Shown here: piece by piece, positions 27,572 through 35,830 of the stretch
Numbering within the stretch: position 1 is the stretch's first letter
How the letters are laid out: the number at the start of each line of letters is the position of its first letter
Assembly: GCA_051439505.1 (NCBI GenBank)
Contig: JBFRWI010000038.1
Span: 1 to 46,355 of the forward strand
Length of the DNA stretch: 46,355 nucleotides
Origin: Hormoscilla sp.
GTDB taxonomy: Bacteria; Cyanobacteriota; Cyanobacteriia; Cyanobacteriales; Desertifilaceae
Direction of reading: 5' to 3'
Program-made: the position numbers and the translations under genes
The notes under the pieces: model-generated
Told to the model about the DNA's origin: nothing
What the model saw: only the letters and a program-made list of their open reading frames with translations
Database searches by the model: none

Positions 27572-28777
27572 ATGACCTCAACTATACCACAGACTCCCAA
27601 GCACAAGAAGGCCAAAGCCCTCAAACCCGGTAAGCCTCGCCCCGCTAAGGAACTCTGTAGCGAATGCGGGCTGTGCGATACATACTACATCCATTATGTC
27701 AAGGAAGCCTGCGCTTTCCTCAATCAGCAGATCGCCCCACTGGAAACCCAAACTCACGGGCGATCGCGCGATCTGGACAAGGAAGACGATCGGTACTTCG
27801 GGGTCCATCAAACCATGATGGCAGCGCGGAAAACTCAGCCCATAGAAGGGGCACAATGGACTGGCATTGTCAGTAGCATTGCCATTGAAATGCTAACTAG
27901 CGGCAAAGTCGAAGGGGTCGTCTGCGTGCAAAACACCAAGGAAGACCGCTTTGGACCCATGCCCATTATCGCCCGCACTCCTGAAGAAATTCTCGCCGCC
28001 CGGGTGAACAAACCCACCCTCTCTCCCAACCTTTCCGTATTAGAGGAAGTGGAAAAATCCCGGATGCAGCGCCTCCTAGTCATCGGCGTCGGTTGTCAGA
28101 TCGAAGCCTTACGGGCCGTCGAAAAACAGCTAGGATTAGAAAAACTCTACGTTTTAGGCACCCCCTGCGTAGATAACGTCACCCGCGCCGGGTTGCAGAA
28201 ATTCCTGGACACCACTAGCCGATCGCCCGAGACTGTGGTACATTATGAATTCATGCAGGATTTCCAGGTCCACTTCAAACATGAAGATGGTTCCATAGAA
28301 AAAGTCCCCTTTTTCGGACTGAAGACCAACAAACTCAAAGATGTCTTCGCCCCCTCCTGCATGAGTTGCTTCGATTACGTCAATTCTCTGGCAGACTTAG
28401 TAGTAGGCTACATGGGCGCACCCTTTGGTTGGCAGTGGATTGTAGTTCGGAACGATCGGGGACAAGAAATGCTAGACTTAGTGATGTCCCAGTTGGAAAC
28501 TCAGCCCGTAATGTCCAAAGGAGACAGGCATCAAGCGGTGCAACAAAGCATTCCCGCCTATGACAAAGGCGTTACTCTCCCCATGTGGGCCGCCAAACTC
28601 ATGGGTGTGGTAATAGAAAAAATTGGACCAAAAGGTTTAGAATATGCTCGTTTCTCCATAGATTCTCACTTCACCCGCAATTATCTGTACGTGAAGCGCC
28701 ATCACCCCGAAAAATTAGCGGCACATGTGCCAGAATATGCCCAGCGGATTGTATCCCAGTATCAGTTGCCAGAATAA
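27572..28777 (+). CDS. bciB: Ferredoxin-dependent 8-vinyl (divinyl chlorophyllide) reductase, F420 hydrogenase beta family
   Basis: CSECGLCDTY, GAQWTGIVS, GVGCQ, LGTPCVDN, SCMSCFDY. Confidence 0.9.
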   Translation: MTSTIPQTPKHKKAKALKPGKPRPAKELCSECGLCDTYYIHYVKEACAFLNQQIAPLETQTHGRSRDLDKEDDRYFGVHQTMMAARKTQPIEGAQWTGIVSSIAIEMLTSGKVEGVVCVQNTKEDRFGPMPIIARTPEEILAARVNKPTLSPNLSVLEEVEKSRMQRLLVIGVGCQIEALRAVEKQLGLEKLYVLGTPCVDNVTRAGLQKFLDTTSRSPETVVHYEFMQDFQVHFKHEDGSIEKVPFFGLKTNKLKDVFAPSCMSCFDYVNSLADLVVGYMGAPFGWQWIVVRNDRGQEMLDLVMSQLETQPVMSKGDRHQAVQQSIPAYDKGVTLPMWAAKLMGVVIEKIGPKGLEYARFSIDSHFTRNYLYVKRHHPEKLAAHVPEYAQRIVSQYQLPE

Positions 28778-28878
28778 ATAGCGTAGGGTGGGCATTGCCC
28801 ACCAATGGCAAGGGCAATGCCCACCAATGGCGCGAAAGTGCAAGAACAAACAAACTCTGCGATAACTTTAATAGGATT

Positions 28879-30765
28879 ATGGAAGCACCTTTTGATATTA
28901 CTGTGCTGATGGTGATTACCGTCATGGCAGGCATCGGCGCTCAAGTGCTGGGTAAATACCTGAAAGTGCCCGGTATCGTCTTCTTACTATTGTTCGGCGT
29001 CCTCTTGGGACCAGATGGCTTGAGTTTGGTTCATCCCCAACTCCTGGGAGATGGTCTAGAAGTAATTGTCTCTCTGTCAGCTGCTTTAATTCTGTTTGAA
29101 GGGGGACTTAACCTGCAAGTGCGAGACTTGACGAAAATCTCTGGCAGTCTCCGCAATTTAGTCACGATCGGGCCTATAATCACCCTCATTGGAGGTGCAA
29201 TTGCTGCTCATTTCTTAGCCCAATTCCCCTGGCAGCTAGCCTTTCTGTACGCCTCTTTGGTGGTGGTCACCGGACCGACGGTGATCGGACCGCTGCTGAA
29301 ACAGGTACAGGTCGATCGGCAAGTAGCCACTTTACTGGAAAGTGAAGGGGTGCTGATTGACCCAGTGGGAGCTATTATAGCTGTCTTAGTGCTAGATGTG
29401 GTCTTAAACGGTGATGCCGATCCACAAAAGTTACTCACCGGTTTAGTCATCCGCCTGGGCATTGGTACGGCGATCGGGGCATCGGGAGGCTGGGCGATCG
29501 GCCAGTTTCTCAAGCGAGCTGACGTTCTCTCCGAAGAACTCAAAAATCTGGTAGTATTAGCAGGATTGTGGGGCTTGTATGGCTTTGCCCAATATATCCG
29601 GGACGAGTCGGGGCTGATGGCAACGGTGGTAGGGGGACTGGTCCTGAGTGCTGCTAATGTGCCAGAACTGCGGAACTTGCGCCGGTTTAAGGGTCAACTG
29701 ACTGTTTTAGCTGTTTCCGTGCTATTTATTCTCCTAGCAGCAGACCTGTCTCTAGCAAGTATCGTGGCCTTAGGGTGGGGCAGTCTGTTCACCGTATTAG
29801 CGCTAATGTTCCTAGTGCGTCCCCTTTCCATCTGGATCTGCACGATCGGCAGCGGACTCAACTGGCGTCAGAAGCTATTTGTCAGCTGGATTGGACCCAA
29901 GGGTATTGTTTCCGCATCGGTAGCTTCTTTGTTTGCCATTTTGCTGACCCAAGCTCAAATCAGCGGCGGGGACTCGATCAAAGCCCTGGTATTCCTCACA
30001 ATTATAATTACAGTGGTGATGCAAGGACTGACAGCTCAATTAGTAGCTTCTCTATTGCAAGTCACCGCCACTGGGCGTCAGGGGGCCGTGATCGTCGGTT
30101 CCAATCCTTTGGCCCGTCTGATTGCCCGTCTGTTCCAAGAACGTTCGGAGTCGGTAGTGCTGATTGACACCAATGCCGCAGCAGTCAAGGAAGCAGAAAA
30201 TGAAAATCTGCGGGTGTTTTTGAGTAGTGCGATGGATACTCAGGTTCTAGAAGAGGCGGGATTAGAATCAATGGGGACATTCCTAGCGATGACTAAAAAT
30301 GGAGAGGTAAACTTCGTGCTAGCACAGCGGGCCGCAGAAGAATTCGATCCGCCCCGAGTCTTGGCCGTGTTTCCCAAAAATCCTGACAGTAAGTCTACAT
30401 CCAGCAAGGTGCAGTCTGCCCTGACTTTTGATTTACCCTTGAAGAATTGGAACCAGTATCTGGATGACGGCCAGGTGAAGTTGGTGGAAACGGTGCTTCA
30501 AGATCCGGGGTTTGCCTTTCAACAGACTTATCTGCAAGCATTAATTGATGCGGGCAAGATAGTGCCTCTGTTAATAGAACGGCAAAACATGCTACAAGTG
30601 GTACGAGCTGGACAACCTTGGCAACCGGGCGATCGCCTGATCTGCCTGATCCACGACCCCAAACCCAAACTTCTCAATAAACTCTCAGGTAGCACCACCA
30701 CTACCCGTCTCACCCTCACTCAGCTACCAACAGTGAAGGAAGTGCCCATGCCATCGCCAGCATAG
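28879..30765 (+). CDS. Cation:proton antiporter (CPA1) with TrkA-N-like domain
   Basis: ILFEGG, VVTGPTV, LESEGVLIDP, GPKGIV; C-terminal VIVGSNPLAR NAD-binding fold. Start MEAPF at 28879. Confidence 0.9.
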   Translation: MEAPFDITVLMVITVMAGIGAQVLGKYLKVPGIVFLLLFGVLLGPDGLSLVHPQLLGDGLEVIVSLSAALILFEGGLNLQVRDLTKISGSLRNLVTIGPIITLIGGAIAAHFLAQFPWQLAFLYASLVVVTGPTVIGPLLKQVQVDRQVATLLESEGVLIDPVGAIIAVLVLDVVLNGDADPQKLLTGLVIRLGIGTAIGASGGWAIGQFLKRADVLSEELKNLVVLAGLWGLYGFAQYIRDESGLMATVVGGLVLSAANVPELRNLRRFKGQLTVLAVSVLFILLAADLSLASIVALGWGSLFTVLALMFLVRPLSIWICTIGSGLNWRQKLFVSWIGPKGIVSASVASLFAILLTQAQISGGDSIKALVFLTIIITVVMQGLTAQLVASLLQVTATGRQGAVIVGSNPLARLIARLFQERSESVVLIDTNAAAVKEAENENLRVFLSSAMDTQVLEEAGLESMGTFLAMTKNGEVNFVLAQRAAEEFDPPRVLAVFPKNPDSKSTSSKVQSALTFDLPLKNWNQYLDDGQVKLVETVLQDPGFAFQQTYLQALIDAGKIVPLLIERQNMLQVVRAGQPWQPGDRLICLIHDPKPKLLNKLSGSTTTTRLTLTQLPTVKEVPMPSPA

Positions 30766-30839
30766 GTCGAATGGAGAATTGACCAATTGAGCGTGGCAAT
30801 TAGCCATTGACAAGCCCGCAATTAGCACCCAATACCAAG

Positions 30840-31016
30840 ATGAAGCAGCTCAAAGAATTGCCGATCATCGGTTGGCGAGAATGGATCGCTCTACCAGATC
30901 TGGGAATTGCCACAATTAAGGCCAAGATAGATACTGGTGCGCGATCGTCAGCCCTGCACGCCTTTGATGTCCAGAGGTTCGATTGGGAGATGCCGAGTTC
31001 CGACCAGCGATCCTGA
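30840..31016 (+). pseudogene. Truncated RimK-associated retropepsin-like protease (so-called ATP-dependent Zn protease)
   Basis: [30 protein letters not shown]; similarity stops after about 48 codons. Confidence 0.8.
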
Positions 31017-31150
31017 CTGCTGTATAAATTTTGGGAGAGCGATCGCTAATTGAACTAACGTTAACTAATAGAGATGCGATGGGTTAATGTTGATGCTTGC
31101 CGGGAGATCCAGTATAGTGGCGCAGGTTAACAGCTAATATTTCCCACTCC

Positions 31151-31231
31151 CAACAGAGGAAAGGACGTTCGTCCTGACTACAAACATCTCGCTGCAAACA
31201 GAGGGAAGGACGTTCGTCCTGACTACAAACA
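31151..31231. repeat. Two direct copies of a ~35-bp REP-like unit (AACAGAGG.AAGGACGTTCGTCCTGACTACAAACA)
   Basis: Seen directly, with internal hairpin AGGACG..CGTCCT. Confidence 0.85.
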
Positions 31232-31245
31232 CATAAAAACAGACT

Positions 31246-31986
31246 ATGGCAGAACTACCTAAAACATTAGAAGAGGCCGTTGCTCAATCGATGCAAGCAA
31301 CGAAAGCAGCCCTAGATGACGGCTACAAACTCCTACAAGTGGAGTTGGCGTTCCCGGAAATAGATATCCAAGCTCAGAAAATTGCCCAACAATTCATTCC
31401 CATTGTTCAAGATTATCAGCTCAAAGTATTCTTCCCGGACACCGGAGCCGCAGCTTTGGCCCGCCGCGACTGGGGAGAAGTTTCCTTTAAGATTGATGAC
31501 ATTGGCAGCAGCCGATCGCCCATAGATAGTAAAATAACTCCAGAAGACGAGCTGTTCTTAGTGGTGAACCCCTCCGCAGTGGAAGTCGCCCAGGTAGAAA
31601 AGCTCTACAACCTAGCAGGCGATCGGCCCGTAGTCATACTGAACCCCAACTTGGAAGATGTGGCGATCGTCGGTATTGGCCTGGCAGGGCGTCAGCTGCG
31701 GGAACGCTTCCTGAATAAGATATTCTCGTGCTATTATCTGAAACCCCTAGAAGGTGCTGCCCTCAGCCGCTGCTACCCGGAACCCTGGCAAGTATGGCAA
31801 GAAACAGCAGAGTCTGAATACAAACTGATTGCCGAAACAGCTGCAAAACCGGTGGGAGAAGCTTTAGAGCAGATTTTAGCTCCGGCAACTGAGGCCGACG
31901 TTCCCCAAGGACAACAACCATCCCAGCAGCGACGCAAAGGCTTTGTCGGACAACTGCAAAGTTTTCTGCGAGCCTTGAGTCAGTGA
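31246..31986 (+). CDS. DUF1995 family protein
   Basis: LPKTLEEAVAQ...FFPDTGAAALARRDW...CYYLKPLEGAALSRCYPEPWQVW. Confidence 0.85.
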   Translation: MAELPKTLEEAVAQSMQATKAALDDGYKLLQVELAFPEIDIQAQKIAQQFIPIVQDYQLKVFFPDTGAAALARRDWGEVSFKIDDIGSSRSPIDSKITPEDELFLVVNPSAVEVAQVEKLYNLAGDRPVVILNPNLEDVAIVGIGLAGRQLRERFLNKIFSCYYLKPLEGAALSRCYPEPWQVWQETAESEYKLIAETAAKPVGEALEQILAPATEADVPQGQQPSQQRRKGFVGQLQSFLRALSQ

Positions 31987-32110
31987 ATCCCAGATATGTA
32001 CGCAACGGTTGATAAAATTAGCAGCTCATAGGGGTATAGTGGAATTGCTTGCTGCCGATTTAGCTGGCGGCTAGGACGATATAGTGTTTTCTCAGCTAGA
32101 AAACTGACAG

Positions 32111-32869
32111 ATGACTGTAACTAACCGGCGTATTTTTATTGGAGATGTTCACGGCCACTACGATGGCTTGATGCAGCTGCTGGAGGCGATCGCCCCAGCA
32201 GCCGACGATCGAGTATACTTCCTGGGGGACTTGATCGATCGCGGTCCCCAGAGTGCTCAAGTTGTAAGTTTGGTCAAGAAAAATGGCTACAATTGCCTGC
32301 GGGGGAACCACGAACAGATGTTAATCGATAGCTTTCCCGAGGGGAAACCGCATCGGCCATCCCTGCAAGCATGGCTTTACAGTGGCGGCTTGACGACGGT
32401 TGCTAGTTACAAAAAAGATGTTAATCTGCTGACAGAACATATCCATTGGATCGGTCAACTGCCTCTGTACCTGGATCTGGGAGATGTGTGGTTAGCTCAT
32501 GCGGGAGTCGATCCGGTATTTCCTCTCGAAGAGCAAACGGCCCAGGAGTTATGTTGGATTCGCCAGCCATTCCACAATATGCAGCAGCCTTACTTCCCTG
32601 ATAAACTGATTATCACGGGTCATACGATCACATTTACTTTACCAGGAGTAGCCCCGGGAAAAATCGCCTCCGGATGTGGCTGGCTGGATATCGACACGGG
32701 GGCTTATCATCGTCAAAGTGGCTGGTTGACTGGTCTGGATCTGACTAACTCTCTAGTCTATCAGGTGCATGTATTCGCCAGGGAACTGCGGGTTCTGCAA
32801 CTGCGAGAAGCAGTAACTAGAGTTACACCTTCAGTAATGGGCGATCGGGCCTATGCTATCAGTCAGTAA
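32111..32869 (+). CDS. Ser/Thr protein phosphatase (PPP metallophosphoesterase)
   Basis: GDVHG, GDLIDRG, RGNHE, HAG, GHT, DTG motifs. Confidence 0.92.
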   Translation: MTVTNRRIFIGDVHGHYDGLMQLLEAIAPAADDRVYFLGDLIDRGPQSAQVVSLVKKNGYNCLRGNHEQMLIDSFPEGKPHRPSLQAWLYSGGLTTVASYKKDVNLLTEHIHWIGQLPLYLDLGDVWLAHAGVDPVFPLEEQTAQELCWIRQPFHNMQQPYFPDKLIITGHTITFTLPGVAPGKIASGCGWLDIDTGAYHRQSGWLTGLDLTNSLVYQVHVFARELRVLQLREAVTRVTPSVMGDRAYAISQ

Positions 32870-33012
32870 ATTATCTCAAACACTTCTAGGTAATGAATGG
32901 GGGCGTTTTCTGAATTCACAGACTGAGAAGTTATGCTTGCATCCACGATCGGTTGACACAAATTTGATAGCCGGTTTTCAATCATAATACCATAAAATGT
33001 GGAGGATATTTT

Positions 33013-33567
33013 ATGGAAAAAATAGATCGCCCCTGGCAAACCTTAGACAGGTTTGTAGAAATTAGTTCTCCCTGGTTGAAGTTAATTGGCGAACATCTGC
33101 GAGACGATCGCCAACGGGAGATCGAGTATTGGCGGGTGGAAAAGGCAGACTCGGCGATCGCCCTAACTCTCCAGAACGATAAGTTACTTTTACCCCTTCG
33201 TCAATATCGTCCGGGTTTGGCAAAGACAACTCTAGATTTTCCCGGCGGGAGGGTGTCCCCAGAACAAACTCCCCTAGCAGCGATACCGGGAATTTTAGAA
33301 CGGGAACTGGGAGTGAACTCAGAGGCGATCGCCCGCCTTACCCCTCTCAACCCCGAGGGATGGCCGGTTAATAGTTCTTTTTCCAACCAAAAACTCTACG
33401 GTTTTGTGGTAGAATTGCAGCCAACTGCATCGATATCTAACGAGTTATTGGGTGCCACTTATGCCACCACATCGACAGGCATTAGGGAGTTACTTCAAAA
33501 TTTAACTTGTCTCCAGTGTCGGGCCGTTTTGTTGGAGTGGTTAACCGTCCAAAGCAATTACTCTTAA
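33013..33567 (+). CDS. Nudix-fold protein with a degenerate Nudix box
   Basis: RQYRPG...LDFPGG...ILERELGV. Confidence 0.8.
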   Translation: MEKIDRPWQTLDRFVEISSPWLKLIGEHLRDDRQREIEYWRVEKADSAIALTLQNDKLLLPLRQYRPGLAKTTLDFPGGRVSPEQTPLAAIPGILERELGVNSEAIARLTPLNPEGWPVNSSFSNQKLYGFVVELQPTASISNELLGATYATTSTGIRELLQNLTCLQCRAVLLEWLTVQSNYS

Positions 33568-33644
33568 GGGCAAAGCTGGTGAATTTATGCCATTTTTATC
33601 CCTACGCATACTCGCTTAAAACGAGTATGCTGTCAGTCAGTAAA

Positions 33645-34505
33645 TTATCTCAAAACTGGTTTAATGTTAGCTTTGTAGTCAGCTTCGTTCAAGCCATCCC
33701 CTTGATTAGCAAAAGTTGGGTTGAGGTTATCTGACAAAGCTTGAATGCGATCGGGCGTTCCGGGGTGGGTACTGAGGAAAGTAGGAGGAGAGGGGCCATC
33801 CAGGAGTTTTTTCATAAAGTCGATGGAGGCACTTTGGGCATAGCCAGCAGATCCTAACATTTGCAGTCCCACCCGATCGGCTTCATATTCAGCTTGGCGA
33901 CTGTGAGGAAGGCGCAATGCCAGTTCTACACCAAGTTGGACTGCGGTGTCGTTATCGAGTCCCGCTGCGGACGCTAAACCTCGGGCGATCGCCATCTGAC
34001 GCATTTGTTTAATGGCATGACGTTCCGTGATGTGAGCAATTTCATGGGCCAACACGCTGGCTAACTGGGCTTCATTATCCGCTGCTTTCAACAAACCCGT
34101 ATGCACGTATACAAAGCCACCCATCGTGGCAAAGGCATTGACGTTGTCATCGTCTACTACCTGAAAAGTATATTTATACTCTTTCGTCGGAGGGCGGGAA
34201 CTCTCCCGTGCTAACCGCTGACCGATCTCGTTAACATAGGCATTCACCCCGCGATCGCCATAAATTTTTACCTCTGCTTTCGCTAGCTGCTGATTAATTT
34301 GCTCCCCCAAGGCCACTTCTTGCTTGTCCGACAAATTGGACAGATGAATGGCTTGAATGGCCGGACGCAGCAGGTCAAACCAAGAGAATGCTGCGGTACT
34401 TTGGGCAGAACCCAGGCACAAGCCCAAAGCTACCAACAGGGAAAGCAAGGGATAGAACAACCGGCGCTTGAGAGGTCGCTTGGTTATTGCAAAGAGATTA
34501 AACAT
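33645..34505 (-). CDS. M48 family metallopeptidase
   Basis: NAFATMGG, LAHEIAH, SRQAEYEAD, FLSTHP; N-terminal signal/TM segment. Confidence 0.92.
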   Translation of the reverse strand: MFNLFAITKRPLKRRLFYPLLSLLVALGLCLGSAQSTAAFSWFDLLRPAIQAIHLSNLSDKQEVALGEQINQQLAKAEVKIYGDRGVNAYVNEIGQRLARESSRPPTKEYKYTFQVVDDDNVNAFATMGGFVYVHTGLLKAADNEAQLASVLAHEIAHITERHAIKQMRQMAIARGLASAAGLDNDTAVQLGVELALRLPHSRQAEYEADRVGLQMLGSAGYAQSASIDFMKKLLDGPSPPTFLSTHPGTPDRIQALSDNLNPTFANQGDGLNEADYKANIKPVLR

Positions 34506-34643
34506 AGTCAATATGCTCTCGACTTGACTTGATGACGATAAACAGCCAGACGTATTTTCCGCTAGCAGTGTTGCTGTCGGGTGCAGGAGCAAAATCATGG
34601 TATTCTAACCATTGTCAACGCTCTGGAGAACCGCCTCATCCCC

Positions 34644-34914
34644 CAATACTTCGTAGGTTTTGCATATAGATTGTCATTGCGAGGGGGGGGGAGAACACGA
34701 TTAACTTATGGGAAATTGAGTTAACCCCCCCCCCGAAGCAATCCCCCCGTCGAGTAACAGACTCGGTGAGATTGCTAGCCCTCCTGCGTCGGGCCGCTGC
34801 GCTTTTACGAAGTGCGCGACGCAGGAGCGCTACGGGGGGATGCTGGCGGAGATCCCTAAAATGTCGGTTTTGGTTTCCCCCTCGCAATGACAGGTTGTAT
34901 CCCTTGAAGTATCG
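34644..34914. mobile_element. MITE with CAATACTTC ends and 10-bp TSD
   Basis: CCTCATCCCC at 34634-34643 and 34915-34924; inverted relative of 35572-35810. Confidence 0.88.
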
Positions 34915-34960
34915 CCTCATCCCCAATCTGAATTTTGCAGAAATAATTTACCAATTGCTT

Positions 34961-35491
34961 ATGGCTATTTTAGATGACAAAGGTCGCTTATTTGGCAAAG
35001 TCAGCATCCTAGATATCGGTGCTGCCCTCGTGATTTTACTGGTTATCTTCGGCATCTTTTTCTATCCTAGCACTTCCGGCTCTGTGGCGCAAATTGGCGT
35101 GCAGACAAAACCTGTAGAAGTGGATGTACTCATCCGGGGTTTGAGCGTGCGCGACCCCCAGAGTTTAGTCTCTCAATTTCAGTCAAGCAAGAAAACCAAT
35201 ATTATTATCCGCAATCAACCCTACGGTCAAGTTGATGTCAAATCAGTACAAGTCCTCGAACGAGATGTGATCGTTCCCCAACCCGATGGTTCGGTCAAAG
35301 CTTATCGAGACCCCCGACTTTCTCAGGCTTTGGCGATCGATCTACTGTTAACTTTAGCAGGTAATGCTCAGATTACTGACAATGGTGTCGTTCTGGGTAA
35401 CAGCAAACTGAAAATTGGCACCCCAGTTGAACTGGAAGGCTTAACCTACAATTTTAATGGTAGCGTGATTGATGTCAAAATTCAAGGCTAA
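34961..35491 (+). CDS. DUF4330 family protein
   Basis: MAILDDKGRLFGKVSILD...IIIRNQPYG...VPQPDGSV; one TM segment. Confidence 0.85.
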   Translation: MAILDDKGRLFGKVSILDIGAALVILLVIFGIFFYPSTSGSVAQIGVQTKPVEVDVLIRGLSVRDPQSLVSQFQSSKKTNIIIRNQPYGQVDVKSVQVLERDVIVPQPDGSVKAYRDPRLSQALAIDLLLTLAGNAQITDNGVVLGNSKLKIGTPVELEGLTYNFNGSVIDVKIQG

Positions 35492-35571
35492 TGGTTAATC
35501 GCCGTGAATCAACCGGGTTTTTGTGGTTATCATCTAATTTTGCCTGAGACTGTAAAAAGAAACCCGGTTGT

Positions 35572-35810
35572 CAATACTTCAAGGGATACAACTTGTCATT
35601 GCGAGGGGGGAAACCCAAACCGATAATTTTCCCTTACGCCGCCGAGATCCCCTCCGAAGCAATCTCACCGACGACGCAGAAGTGCTCTTCATCTCATACG
35701 GGGCGGGGGGGATTGCTTCGGGGGGGGGGTTAACTCGGTTTCGCATAAGTTAATCCCTACGTACCCCCCCTCGCAATGACAGCCTCTGATGCAAAACCTA
35801 CGAAGTATTG
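35572..35810. mobile_element. MITE with CAATACTTC/GAAGTATTG ends and 10-bp TSD
   Basis: ACCCGGTTGT at 35562-35571 and 35811-35820; inserted into the arm of a palindromic repeat. Confidence 0.9.
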
Positions 35811-35830
35811 ACCCGGTTGTCGCTTCATTT

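Noticed and set aside
28585..28878. Long N-terminal extension of the antiporter ORF
   Set aside because: Overlaps bciB and a REP-like repeat; ATG 28879 is the plausible start.
34766..34960. N-terminal extension of the DUF4330 ORF and ORFs 34636-34926 and 35568-35753
   Set aside because: They read through MITE sequence.
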